Assembly: GCA_032718475.1 (NCBI GenBank)
Contig: JAUCBJ010006938.1
Coordinates: 62,001 to 126,000 of the forward strand
DNA: 64,000 nucleotides
Origin: Nemertoderma westbladi
Lineage: Eukaryota; Animalia; Xenacoelomorpha
Direction of reading: 5' to 3'
Shown: in pieces, positions 48,190 through 62,311 of the stretch
Numbering within the stretch: the first letter of the stretch is position 1
Layout of the letters: every line of letters starts with the position of its first letter
Position numbers and translations under genes: made by a program
The notes under the pieces: model-generated
Database searches by the model: none
Told to the model about the DNA's origin: nothing
The model's input: only the letters and a program-made list of their open reading frames with translations

Positions 48190-51100
48190 ATAGTTTCCGG
48201 ACAGTTCTCTGTCTCTCTCCAGTAAACATAAACGACCAACTGGGCGATTGAGCTGCTGCGTCTCGAATACAATTCCCGGTTTCTTAAAGTTACGTCGCAT
48301 GACGACGAGTTCTACCGATCACACTAAACCGTCATCTGAGATATGAGTCTCGATGATACGACCTGTCTGCCACCGCTTACGTGGAAGATCTGTTTCCACA
48401 ATAAGGACCATGTCTCCGGCGCTGACGTTTTCTTGCTGCGCAAACCACTTGGTTCGAAGTTGTAGCGTGGGCAGATAATGTTTTTCGAAATGGTCAGCGA
48501 AACGACGGGATAATAACTGCATAAGGTGCCAAATTTGTCGGCAGTATTCGTCTCCGTCCGTGATTTCCGATCGTGGGAGCATGGCTACAGGTTTCTTCAG
48601 TAGGAAGTGCGTGGGTGTTAGCGCTTCCAGGGAGTCGGGACTCGATGAGACTGGCATAAGCGGTCTCTCGTTGAGATAGGCGGCGATTTCCTCCATTAAC
48701 GTCCGCAAAAGTTCGTCGGTGAGATACGCGCGGCACGGCACTATAAAATGAAATGCGGTCTTCACGCTCATGATTAATCTCTCCCAACTTCCTCCCCACC
48801 AAGGGGTGTCGGCGGCGTTGAAGGTCCAGCTAGACGCTGTTACCCTTAGCTGATCGTCCACCTGTCTTTGGTTCCAATCTTTGATGTAAGCCTTGATTTC
48901 ATTGTTGGCACCAATGAAGTTCGTTCCCTTATCAGATCTCATCGTGTTACTAGTTCCAAAGCGAGCGATCTGTCGGCGTAAGCTCAGTATAAAGCTGTTG
49001 GTAGACAGATCGTTCACCATATCGAGATGGATAGCTCTACAAGTCATACAGACAAAGATGATACACCATCTCTTGACTATAGTCCTAGCACGATATACTT
49101 CAATAGGGCCAAATAAATCCACACCGGTATTAGTGAAGGGTGGTTCATAGAAGCTTACTCATTCCCTAGGTAATTCTGCCTCTCGCTGTGTTAAAGGCCT
49201 ACTGAATGCTTTCCTACAGGGTATGCAGTTCCTAAGAACTTGGTTCAGAGCTCTACGGGGTTTATGGAAATAATAGCGAGTTCGAATTTCGCTAAGAACT
49301 CGTTCTCTACCAGCATGGTAAAGCTTACTGTGAACATCTACAATCATCTTGATTTGTATTTCAAGATTTCTAATGAGTATGGGGAACTTAGTGTCAAAAG
49401 ATAGTGGAGCATTAGTTAGTCTCCCTCCAACACGTATCAACCCATCTATCATTGTGCTAGAGAAACGATCCCTTAAGCACATCTGTGGATTTCTCAACAA
49501 CAGGAAATACTTATCGGAATCTTCATAGCATTGCAGGAGTCTCAGTATCTGCTTATTGGTTTCTTCATGCTCCTGGTAACTGATCTTCTCCTTCAGAAAT
49601 CTGTCTGATATCCTGTATTTGGGAAGATCTTTAATAACATGGACCTGGGCAGATGTCAGTGGAGCGGTATCACTAGCGATCTTCGTCCTGGAGTAGTGAT
49701 GATGAAAACATCGCTTTAAATACGCAACGGCCTTACAAAGCCGATTCCAGGAGTTATAGTGATGTATCGCTCTCTGCAGGAGGGGTGAGAGTCCCTGCGA
49801 GACGTCTGGTGTACCAGATTTCCAGTCTCTCTCTCTGATTTCCACAACAGACTTATTTGTGGCGGGGGATTTTGGATTCAAAGCGTCGTCTCCGGAAATG
49901 TGTAGTACAGACAGATCTATCACGGGTTTAAATAACTTCGATTTACTCACCCGGGTTTTAGGTTTGACTTTCTCCGCTCCCTTGGCTTGTCTAATCTTAG
50001 CTGTGGTAAGATGAGGAGGCCATTCATCCTCTTCCTTGCTTAGGAAGTCGGGTCCACCTAACCAGTCTGGAGTATCTATCAGTTCTTGTGGAGTTGCTCC
50101 TCTGGAGGCGATGTCGGCTGGATTAATCGTCCCAGGGCAATGTCTCCATTGATCTATCTTCGTGCGACTAAGTATAATGGCTACTCTGTTGGTAACGAAG
50201 ACGCTGAACTGACAGACTTCATTGGTTATATACTCCAACACGAGTAAAGCATTGGTCCAATAGACAGTTTTCTCCAGTGGATAGTCGATCTGTTCTGTTA
50301 CATTCTGGCCGATGGCTGTAGCGTATAGAGCCGCTTTTAACTCCGCTCGAGGAACTCTCAGTTTGTTGTTTATCAAGGCCTTAGAGGTAACCAAGGCGAC
50401 CTTAATTCCATCCGGAGTTTCAACCCTCAGGTAGGCTACTATACCTATTCCCATGTCGCTGGCATCTCCAAACACATGGAGTTGATAGGAATACGTGGGG
50501 AGAATGTGACCAAAATAAGAACGGGAAATCGTAAAATTCTCGATGGAGGGTAGAGAATCTTCCCATTTCATCCACTTCTTTAATAGTTCTCCCTTAAGTG
50601 GATCGTCCCACGAGTGGTTTTCAAGCCACATTTGTTGTACTAAACTCCGAGCAATCAATATAACTGGGCTAATAAATCCCAATGGATCGAAATAAGTGCC
50701 TAATAAATGTATATATCCCGTTTGATGTTGTCGATAACCGCTTTGGAGAAGGCATCCTGGTTGTCATCAGCAGTGGTGCGCACTACTGAGCAGGCGTTTG
50801 AAGGGCTCGAGATGATCCCAAAAGCCTGGATGGTCATCCAGTACTCCACCGGTTTCTGGTTGAGGTCTCCTTCAGGCCACCACAGAAATCGTAGGCTGTC
50901 CCGATCCCTATCCAGCGCCTTAACTTGTAAGAACATGCCTTCTATATCAGAGGCAAAAGCGATCGAATATTGTCGTAATCTTAAGAGTATTCCCAACAAG
51001 GATTGGAGTAAGTTGGGTCCCGGCAACAATTTGGAGTTAAGGGATTGGCCCATGTAGAGGGCGGAGCCATCAAATACTACCCAGACTTCGTTGGGTTTAC

Positions 51101-54100
51101 CGGGTTTGGGAACGTAATGATGTGTTAAATAGTACGTTCTCTCAGTTATGGGTGTTTCCTCCGGTACTCGCTCCGCATATCCCTTGTCAATGAATTTCTT
51201 CAGCTGGGTCTTGTACATCTCCTTAGCTGAAGCATTTGCCGTAAGGCGTCGATGTAGTTGCGCAATTCTCTTCTCCGCCAAGTGTCGGTTGTTTATAAAA
51301 TTGGGTTCTCGCCGTTGGAAAGGCAGACCAATCTCATACCTACCTTGATCTTTAAGAAAACGTTTAGTCGTTTCCTGTATCTGCTTGGCTCTTTCCTCTT
51401 CTACCGATAGGGCCTTATCGTAGGAATTGGGCTCTACAGCCTCTTGAGTAAAGAATCTTACGGCGTGTTCATCACGAGTCTTCGCGTTGTAACGATCTAT
51501 CACTTCATTCAGTTTGTCGTTGTAATCGACTTGTCCCTGACACAGGTTCACTTGGTTTTGCCAAGTTTCATTTTCCGTAAGGAGGTCGATGGTGTTCTCC
51601 TCGTCGAATAGTTGATGAATATCGTCATTATCTGAGGAGTATGGTGTTCCCTCAGGTGTGGTGTCTCCCTCACTGATTTCCTCTTCCCATTCACTCACCT
51701 GATGGACTTGATCTTTAGGTAGCCTCTCCATGAGTGTCCTACGGGAAGGTCCAGTAAAGTACCAACCTACTCTAGTTCTTCCCGCTAGGTTTGTAATGGT
51801 TGCGGTTGAGCAGGCCGTTTCTCTAATGTCTCAAGCGCCTCATGCGCATTTTGGCCGATGAGTATCTGTACCCCTGGGTAGTCGGTATTGAATCTAGGTA
51901 TCTCCTGCTGCTGGGTGAAATCGTCTTCATCCCAGTTATAAGGTTCCACTTGGCTGGTAGCGAAGATCTTTATCGCCACCATTTTTACTGACCTTATACT
52001 GTGTTTTCCTAGTTCATCCTGTAGATTTCCAAACCTGCATAATTCCTGAAAGGTTCAACTTAGTTCGGAACTTGGGTTGTCCAGCAAAGATGTCTTCGGC
52101 TAGTTCTTTGTTGATGAATGTTCCTGTGCTGCCGGAGTCAAGGAGGGCATTCACTATATAGCTCTTTTTTAACCAGTGGACTCTCAACTGCACTACGGGA
52201 AATTCCCGGATTCCTACGTTGGAAGTTGGGGCTTTCCAAGATGGTTGTCGGTCCGGAATAGTTAGGGGGAGTTCGCTATCGGTTTCAGTCTCATACGTAA
52301 GCACTCGATACACCGCGGTGTTTATCATATAGCAGGATTCGTTTTCGTCGGAGAATTCATCTGTGTAGAATCCTTCCATCTCAGAACTTTGGTCAGTGTC
52401 GTTCACATCACTGAATTGGACATGTAGTTCGGACTCACTTACCTGACTCGGGCTGTTTCTTTCGAATTCGGTGTGCAACAAGATATGATATTTCGCGCAG
52501 CACTTAGCACACCTTGCATCGGAGTAACAGGTTCGCCATTGGTGTCCTTGTCTGAGACAATTATAACACAACCGCTTATTCCACATGACTTCGCGTCTAT
52601 CTTTTATGGATTTCTTTAAGAATTCATCATACACACTTAAACGGTGGGGCCCGTCGCACAATGCACATTTTGGTTTGATGTTACTTACTTTACCTTGGGT
52701 AGTGTTGTGCACACTCGTTCTTTCCTCGGGCTTTCTTCCATGAATTCTTTTAGGAGACATAGGAGGAGTTTTTGTTACCTGTTCTCTCCTGTCACTAGTT
52801 CGAGACTTAAATTTACTTACGTCCTTAGGCGCTTTGTTGACATAGTAAGATCTTTCGGTGTCTTTCCCGTTGTTCTCCTCTTGAGAGGCCTGGCTTTCGC
52901 CATCGTCTGTATAACACACTGGTGTTACCTTTCTCCTAGAAACGGGTTTCTCACTTACCTTATTTTCCGGTGTCTTCTCTCTGGACTGCTTTAGGAGCTG
53001 TAATTTTACCTCTCCATTCAAGAATGACATGAGATCAGCCATGGTAGGGTCTCTTCGTTGTTGTTCCATCATATATAGAACTCTTTTGTCCCAACGAGTA
53101 CCCACTCCACCCTTTGGCAAGGTAGATGCTACAGCTCCAATAACCATAGAACTCTGATATTCATGAGACTTACCTACCCAATCTAATTGTCTACAAATGT
53201 CCTGGATCTCATCAGAAAATTCTATAATCCCACTGCTAAGAAACTTTCGAGGCACTACCAATTTCGCATACAAATACCTAGCTATGTTATTCCTATTACC
53301 ATACCTGATGTTTAGTGTATCCCAAACTTGTCTTAATCCATCTGGATGTCCAATAAACTTTAACGCCATTAACTTGGGCGATCCTTCCAAGCACTCGATG
53401 AGGAATCTAAGTTTCTCTCCGTTAGATAGCACAGAGTTCTGTATGTTATCTTTATAATATTCATTAAAAGGTAACCATTTCATCTCATCTCCATTGAACT
53501 TGACGATCTCTCCCACCTTTACCGCTTGACGGGCTTCGGTTCTAGCCATTTGACGCATAAAACTTTCTTGGGCCATCGTATTATTTAATATCGAGTTATC
53601 GGTATATAAATTTCTCGGATTATGATCAGGTCTATATGAAATATCATTATTAACAGGTTTATCGTTACCCTTAATAGGGTTTACTATAGGAGTTTCTACT
53701 TCACTAGCAGTATAGATGTGTGTAGGCTCCACACCTTGCGCATGAAATACTTCAGACCTAACAGGTTGACACATTTTTACAGAGGGTGGTGGTATACCCT
53801 TTTGTAGATTTACTAACTTATCGCGTTCTAACGCGATACTCTGCTGCACTTCCTGCAATTCTAACCTACTCTCTCTTACTGTTCCCCTTAACTGTTGAAC
53901 AGTCCCCTCCAACTCTCGGACCTGCTGGGAGGAGCGTGCCTGATTCTCCTCCATCTGCCCGAGGAGAATATCCATCCCCCGCCGTCGCTCATCCACCCAC
54001 TCTACCGCCGAAGCGGGAGCCGCCAACATAGTAGCGGTAGACGAGGGATGACGGGCGATAAATCGTTAATTTCTCGCTCGGCGTCCATGACTGGAATTGA

Positions 54101-55724
54101 CTCTGGAACTGTCCTACTGGGTACAGGTAGTTTAGTACTGTGCAAAGGGAATTTAGAGTTAGGTTCTGGAAGTACAGGGGTCTCTATCACAGAAGGGGTG
54201 GCTTCGAGAACAGGCCTAATTATTTCAGGCTCATCTACTATAGTAGGGAGTCTTTCTACTCTAATAATTTGGTCTGTGGGTTCTGTACTACCTAAGTCTG
54301 CACTAGCTAGTTGCCTTCTCACAGCTGGGGGCAAATTAGGCAATTTCTGATGGTGAGGCGTTCTTCTATGTCTGCTGGAACGAGATCTATTTCCTCTGCC
54401 TTCAGGATCTGTTGTATCGCCTTCATCAGATGATGTAAATCCCTGTCTCTTGGGAGTAGATCGACTTATCATCTGCATATACTTAGCTGTTCTTTGTTTA
54501 TTGGAGTAATCTTGCTTCTCTTGAAGATTTTCCAACTCTAGTTGGACTGTCTCTTCAGATGCCCTCCGTTCTGCTGCTGCCACTGCCTCTGCCGCTTTTC
54601 TTTCCGCTTCTGCCACTGCTACCTTTCTTTCAGCATCTGCCTCTGCCGCTGCCACTTTTCTTTCGGCTTCTGCCACTGCCGCTGCCGCTGCCTCTGCCAC
54701 TGCCACTGCCGCCTTTCTTTCAGCCTCTGCCCCTGCCGCTGCCGCTTTTCTTTCAGCTTCTGCCGCTGCCGCTGCAGCTGCCGCCTTTCTTTGAACTTCT
54801 GCCGCTGCCGCTGCTGCTACTTTTCTGTCTTCTATCCATTTTTTCTTTAATTGTTCTTCATGTTCCCTAGCGAGGAGGATGCTTTCATCAAATTTAGCTT
54901 GCTCTGTGACTAACATTTCCGCATCTAATGCGTCTAACACAAATTTGGCTCCTTCACTAGTAGGGTGAAGTCCAGCCAGCCGTCTCCTCAACTCTTTGTC
55001 ACCTATAAAGCGTTGATAGTCTGACAGATATATGTCAATGGCATCCTTCTTCTGAGGTTTCTCTGATGTCGCTTCGCTTTCCACTTGAGAAAAGGTAGCG
55101 TCTGTTGATTCTCCGTGGGTTGAGCGCTCAGCCAGCTGAATTTTCCACTGGGCCGTACCTTGAACTTTGAGACCCACCCGCTGGAACCAAGTCTTTACGG
55201 CAACTTGCAACGACGTGTCTTGGCTTCTTTTCAAAGCTTCCTCAAAGGCCGATAGGATTAGTCTGATTCTTAGGATACGTTCTCAAACTTGATAAAGCAG
55301 CTCTCCCTGCTCTTGAGGTCCTTGGGGTTGTTGAAACAGTTGTTCCTCTAATCGCTCCAAAGAGCTGAAGAATCCCTGTACATATCCTGCTGCCGACCTC
55401 TTCCACACAGCTGGATCTCTAGTGTCCCTTACCACTCCCATCCTGTATAAGTCCTCCCAGGCAGCTTCCAATAAGTTAAACGGGAGTCCGGGTCTGGGGA
55501 AGTTCCATTGCGTCTCTAAAATAGACTTCAGTTCCTCCTTCGTGTATCCCGCATAACTGTCCTTGGTCGATCGCTTACTTCTCGCCCAATCAATTTGATG
55601 TTCCTCCACCGCAATCAATACTCTAGTGAGTACGGCGCCGGTCCGCATGTTCCGCACTCCTATCTGGATCACAGATTGTTGTATCTAGGAGACTGTCTGA
55701 CAGGGTTTGCTTTGTGTCAGCCAT
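48190..55724 (-). pseudogene. Bel/Pao 2 gag-pol (frameshifts, stops and a deletion removing the RT catalytic DD)
   Basis: FNGDEMKWLPF, CYNCLRQGHQWRTC, ALLDSGS, SDIEGMFLQV, FDPLG, LHVFGDAS, PRAELKAA, DLFGP, RAIHLD, SDKGTNF, WWGGSWERL. Confidence 0.92.
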
Positions 55725-57624
55725 GTTTGATTGTACAGTTGAATGCCTACTACTATAACGACAGTTAAAGCAAGTCTAGTAATTCAGTATCAACTGTTAG
55801 CCTAGTAATTAATTACCGATATCGTTACTCTATGTAACGTGATATATATACAATATATTAGAATACCGGTATACACTTATAGTATATATATAAGTATTAT
55901 TACAGACTAGGGTTTGTCACAGAATACCGGTATATAATTTCAGCACAAATATATATAAATATATAATAAGCCTACCGTGAATACTGGTATACAACTTACA
56001 CTTATAGTATATATAAGTATGATTATAGACTAGAATTAATTACAGAATACCGGTATATAATTTCAGCATAAATTTATAGAAATAAATATAATAAGCCTAT
56101 CATAAATACCAGTATGTCAATTATTTTATAATAACTGAATTTCTGAATTTTAGGGTTACTTTTCTTTACTTTATTACTGATATTAAGCAGTAGTCCAACT
56201 GATATTAAGACCTAATTGATGGATAACAGGCCTACTATTTTATAAATCGGTTTGAGTTGATTTATAATATATATATACCCTTATAATGGGTTTTTGACAA
56301 TATTTGAAATAAATGTTATTATTTCTGGTAAGGAGTCACTACACAGAAGCTGTACGCTCTCAGTGAAGTGCTACTTGTTGGACACTAAAACAAATAATTC
56401 TACTTGCCTAAGTTACTTATTACTACAAATTACGTACAATTACGGGGTGTGACTACAATCTCTAAATAAACACAAAAATTTACACGTACAAATTTTAGGG
56501 TAATTTTACAGGAAATCTACAAACCAGCCTAACAAGGGGTTAGAATTTCTGGTTATTACAACGGACAGGATACTACAGTATTTGAAAATAATTAAGCAGT
56601 AGTAAATAAATTGCATTGTCTAGATAAGAAAATACCACCGTCTGACGACTTATAGTCTTTAGCTGTACAGCTCTATAAGTACTACGTTATGTACCCGGAG
56701 TGTTCCTACCTAGAAGTTTATTACCGCAGCCAACCAGAGCTAACGTGCCTATTAACCACTTTACAACACAAATATACTGCCTACACACTAATTACCTTCG
56801 GAAAGCACTGTACACTAAACCCTAAATTAGGTACAAGTACTTATACAACAAATAACCAGCAGTTAAAAATACTTGTATAGCTAAAAGAACCACGGTATCT
56901 GCTGGAGTGACTAGAGCATAAAATCACCAGTCTTTACCTACGCCAAGCAGCCCTGATGTAGTACCGGGGTTAATTTAACTATAACGGTATGTATAACAAG
57001 CACAATTACTGTAGGAATAAACTTAGGGAGTTATCTATGTTGCGAATACTCGCATAGACTCTGAATAATAAATATTACGCTACCCGTGCAGACTACACAA
57101 ACAAAATACAAACCAAACGCTGGCAGACTACTATCAAGCCTAAATAAACTACAGTATATGCAGACTCAGAAATGGTTAGTTAGTATGCGTTCTAACCGAG
57201 TAGTACGACTTATTCTTTCGGGGGGGATTTACCTTACAGCACTGGATGCCTCCACCTTCCTAACTAGTACTTTATCGGACATACACTCTACACACACTGC
57301 AATCTCTTCAGACTTAACAACAGCCAGACAACAATCCAGCCTACAAATTATTTATACAATCTGAGCAGGCTTACACGCCTTCTGCTCAATATTACACTTA
57401 CAAATAAATAAAACTGACAGAAATAAGTAAAATCCCAATAAAAAACCAGGCGTCCCCGATTAAATATTAAGACCTACAGGTATATAATTATCAAAATCGA
57501 ATAATACTGCTGTATCTGTAAGTACTGGTTCGGGTAGTTGGGCAGTCAGGCCTACAGCTTACTGTTCGACCGGTACCTTCGACTTTATTGCCTACGGTGC
57601 AATAAAGAATCAAAAATCTGTTAT

Positions 57625-58865
57625 TGTTCGCGCTTTCAGACCTTTAGCAGTTTAACCTGCCAATTTTAGGTGTCCTCTTGTTTATAAATCGACTTTAGCC
57701 TATAACAATTATTTAATGCACATGAAGTAACATTAGCCGAAGCCAGTCTATGCGCGATCATTCACCCACAGTTAAGGGAGACTGGATTCGGATGCTTGGA
57801 CCTTATTGCGTTGCAGACCTACTGTATTATTCGATTGATTGTTACTATATAATCTCTGACAATATTATTCACTTTCGGGAAATATTAACAGTTCCTTTAG
57901 GACGTGGCGCTCTAAGTATGTAAACAGAGTTATGACTTACACTAAACACAACGGGATGGCTAATGATTTATGTATAAAGCGCATTCTTTAGGAAATGCTT
58001 TGTTACCTATCACACTCATGCACACTACCTCACACTGCTGCACACTGATCTGCCGAACTTCACTAAATTTGATCATATATAAGGAGAACAGCAACTGACA
58101 TATGTAGGGTCTATGAAATAGCATTCAATTCACTCCAAAACCACTATAATGTAAGTCGCAATTGCTATATGTAACCGGTCTCTCTAACCTTCAGTATATC
58201 AAGAAGATTGGGGTTTTATGATTATTTATCGATATTCTCCAAATATAACAACATATCCATCAACATATAACCATTAATAACAGACAGTAAACAGAAGTAC
58301 AATAATGCGGTGATATTCAGCCAGTATCGGTAATACCGGTACCTCAGTTGCAGGTGCAGTATCAAAGTTGTTCAGTCAGTGCAGACTGCAGTTTCATCAG
58401 TCAGTGATTCAGAGTCAGTTGCAGTCATCAGTTGCAGATAATAGATTTACGTTCTTGTAATCCAAAGCCATCTAATGTTGGCCAAAGTCTGAAACTTCCA
58501 ACACAGAAGTACAGAAGAATCCTAAGCCGGTGTTCCTGGCTTAGAAAAGATACACACTGACTGAATTGCGTGGGTTTCTGTAGGCACTGTCCAACACAAA
58601 GAGAAAATCGCTCTGATTGGTCGAGCGAGCCGAACAAAGAACAAAGAAAAGCTCCACGCTGGCATTAAATCAGCTGACAGATGTCGTCATCTGAACTACA
58701 CTCTATTTAGAGTATTTGGCGTATTGCGGCATAAAATGGCTTGTTATGTCCGCTAAAACACCTACAGGGTACATTGCGGAGAAAATGGCTTGTTATGTCC
58801 GCTAAAACAACTAAACAGTTCATTGCGGAGAAAAATGACTGGTTATATCCGCAAAAGCTTTTACA
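57625..58865 (-). repeat. 5' LTR of Bel/Pao 2
   Basis: Matches 43514-44753. Confidence 0.95.
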
Positions 58866-59193
58866 ATAAGAATCCGCCGTGGGATAAGGGATCCGGTTTA
58901 GTGTATATTTTAGCGTGAGCTAAGTTTAGTGAGTTATTATCTTTTGATCATTAAAATAATACGTAATAAAAGTATTAATACATACGCGTCTTTCAGTACA
59001 AAGTGTAGTGATCTAGCTAGCTATATGAATCATTGTTTTGTTGTGTTGCCTAGCAACATATCCAGCATCCTTAGCTGGGAAACCTATCAGCTAACGTTCT
59101 AGTTCCAGGGTCGCGACATGGCTCCCCCCAGCGGAGGGCAGTGAACTGACAGAAGCGATGATGCCTGGAAACCATAATAGTTCGGGGGCTTTA

Positions 59194-62100
59194 TTATACG
59201 GCTTGAATGTGAATGTTTTCCAATGTTGCTGGGGTTGGCTCCGGTGAGTGGTTTGTGGGTGTGGGTGTAGATTTTAGCGCGGGTGGATTTGGAGCTGTGG
59301 TTGACAACTGCGATTTATATGCTACTTTGAGTCTGTCAACAGAGATGGAGTCTTGTTTACCATTGATGTCGAGCAAGAAACATTTATCACCCGCCTTCAA
59401 GACTTTGAATGGACCTGAATAGGGCCGCTCCAGGGGTCCGTGGTGTTTGTCTACTCGGACATAAACGAATCCAGTTGATGATAAGTGGTTTGGAAAGTGT
59501 TCATGTCGTTGGCCATGATAGTTGAAAGGCGGAGGGAGTGCGGAATGCATTGCAGTTTGAAGACGTAGCAGAAATTCATTATCCGGACAGTCAGTAGGAG
59601 ATCTGCGCTGTAGACATTCCCCTGGGAGGTATAGAGCTGTGCCGTAAACAAGGTCGGCAGATGAGCAGTCGCTGTCTTCATGCCAGGCAGTCCACATTCC
59701 GAGGAGAACGAGGGGTAACTCATCCATCCAGTTTGGGTTGTTGAGGCGAGCCTTTAGGGCAGCTTTAACTTGACGGTGCATCCGCTCTACAATACCGTTA
59801 GCTTGAGGGTGGTAGGCTGTAGTGGACGAGGCAGAGATGCCTAGTAGTTGTGTAACTTCGACCACAAGTGCGAAGTGAATTGGGAGCCGCGATCTGAGAC
59901 AATGTCGATGGGAACACCAAACCGAGCAATCCAGTGCCTAATGAGTGCACGGGCACAGGACTCAGTGGTGGCGTTCTGCAGAGGAATTGCCTCTGGCCAG
60001 CGAGTGAAGCGGTCTATGATGGTAAACAGATACGAATTGCCTTCTGATTCAGGAAGGGGTCCCACAAGGTCAACATGGAGACTGGCAAACCGTTGGTCGG
60101 GTCGTGGCCGATGTGTAAGTGGGGCATGTACATGACGTTGCACTTTTGATGCCTGGCACGGATGGCACTCTCGGCACCATCTTCTGACATCAGATTTTAA
60201 TTTGTGCCAAACAAACCTGGAGGATATGGTGCGTTGCGTTGGGCGGCAACCAGTATGTGCCAGATTGTGAATTGTGTTGAAAATGTGCTTAGTCCATGAA
60301 GCTGGCACTATGGGACGATTGCTGCCTGTAGAGATGTCGCACAGGACGGTATAATCGCCGAAAGAAACATCTTTGAGGTTGAGTCCAGATATAGCTGTCC
60401 GATAGGAAGCGATTTCATTGGAAGAAACCTGGTCAGCTGCCAATTGGCGGTAATCGATAGTAGGAACATGAATCACAGAGATTGTTGGACTGACTGCCCG
60501 AGAGAGTGCATCAGCAACCACATTATCAGAACCATTGATATGGCGAACATCGGTGGTAAACTCTGATATGTATGAGAGTTGACGAGTTTGTCGTGGTGAT
60601 CTGTCGGTGGATGTAGAAAGGGCGAAAGTCAAAGGCTTGTGGTCGGTTAGGCTATGGAACTTCCGGCCTTCAATAAAGTGTTGGAAGTGTTTGACTGAGG
60701 TGAATATCGCCAACAGTTCACAGTCGAAGGTACTGTATTTTGACTCAGCAGTGGTGAGTTTCCTGGAGAAAAAACGCCAGGGGTAGCCATGTATCAGAAA
60801 CTGAGTTTAGCTGTTCAATTTGGGCTCCGACTGCGATATCTGATGCATCGGTGCTGATCCTCATCTCACTCGCAGAACTAGGGTGTACGAGAAGAGTTGC
60901 AGATGCTAGCGTTGCCTTAGCAGCTTCAAAGGCGGACTGACATTCGGTGGTCCAAGTGATGTCTTTCCCCTTTCCCTTAGTGGCATCATGGAGAGCTGCG
61001 AGGGTGGCGGCAATACGTGGCATAAAACGGTGATAGTAGTTTATCATGCCAAGGAAACGTTGTAAGGCGAGTTTTGTCTTGGGGGTTGGGTATTCGATGA
61101 TAGCTGCAACTTTAGAGGGAAGCGGAGCGATACCAGAAGCACTGATGCTGTGGCCAAGGTATGTTAGTTCTGATACACCGAACACACATTTACCTCTGTT
61201 AACTACCATCCCATTGTCCAGGAGGAGGCGGAATACCTGCTGTATGTGGTTGACATGTTCCTCTGAAGTAGCGCTAGCAACGAGGATGTCATCGAGATAT
61301 ACAAAAACAAAGGGGACACCATGAATGATACCATCCATAAGACGCTGAAAGTCTTGCGCTGCATTCTTAAGACCGAATGGCATTCGTAGGAACTCGAATA
61401 GCCCAAATGGTGTTATAATGGCAGTTTTCGGTATATCACTGGCGTGTACAGGTATGTGGTGAAAACCTCGCACCAAGTCGATCTTTGAGAAAATCCTCAT
61501 GTTCTCGAGGCTAGCATTAAAGTCATGGATGTGGGGTAGTGGATAACGATCATCTATGGTGACATCGTTGAGCCGGTGGAAGTCTCCACATGGGCGCCAG
61601 CCACCACCAGGTTTGGGGGCGATATGGAGGGGAGAGGACCAAGGTGAATTAGATTGGCGAATAATTCCGAGTTCCTCCATTTTGGCAAATTCAGTCTTGG
61701 CGATGGCTAACTTGTCTGCATCGAGGCGTCGTGCACGAGCGTGGAGAGGTGGTCCCTCCTTTGTGAGAATGTGGTGCTCCATGCCATGTTTATTGGAGGC
61801 TTCAGCAAAGAAACGAGGAATAAGGAGATCAGGGTACTCGTCTATAATCTTGTCAAAGGCGCTCTCAGATGGGGCATGAATGCCGGAAATGGAGGCCTGA
61901 ACAGTGGTTTCCCGTGATGGGATCGTGGAAAGCAGCTCCATGTCTAGGAGGCGGCGCCCAGCCATGTCGATAGCTAAATGGTTATCTGCGAAAAAATCGG
62001 CACCGAGTATGGGTCGAGAAACATCAGCGAGACGAAACTCGTGGGTGAATGATCGACGACCTAGGAGAAGAGGGATGTTTCGTGTACCCCAAGTGCGGAT

Positions 62101-62310
62101 GATGGTGTCATTAGCGGCTATGAGAGACTCAGTACACGAGTTGAACCGTTTGTCGTGGGCAGAGGCAGGGTAAACTGAGTAATCTGCACCACAGTCGACT
62201 AGGAAGTTGCGACCAGAGCGGCAGTCACTGACCATCATTGTTTTTCTCATCGTCATTTGATCAAGGCCGACCGTGGAGACGTCTAGCGGCCGGCCTGGGA
62301 GTTTCCCGAG
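59194..62310 (-). pseudogene. Gypsy 2 pol (PR-RT-RH-IN), two frameshifts
   Basis: FLVDCGA, YLDD, TDAS, TDHKPL, HVDLVGPLP, SDRGSQF, NGIVERMHR, PYSGPF. Confidence 0.92.
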
Positions 62311-62311
62311 G

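Larger units (their letters stand above)
43514..58865 (-). mobile_element. Full-length (15.4 kb) but disabled Bel/Pao LTR retrotransposon 2
   Basis: Paired ~1.24-kb LTRs, imperfect TSD ataac/ataag, PPT gggagcgg, gag-PR-RT-RH-IN. Confidence 0.95.

Noticed and set aside
54542-54870. Cys-rich and Leu-Pro ORFs on the + strand
   Set aside because: Antisense shadows of the Ala-rich gag repeat
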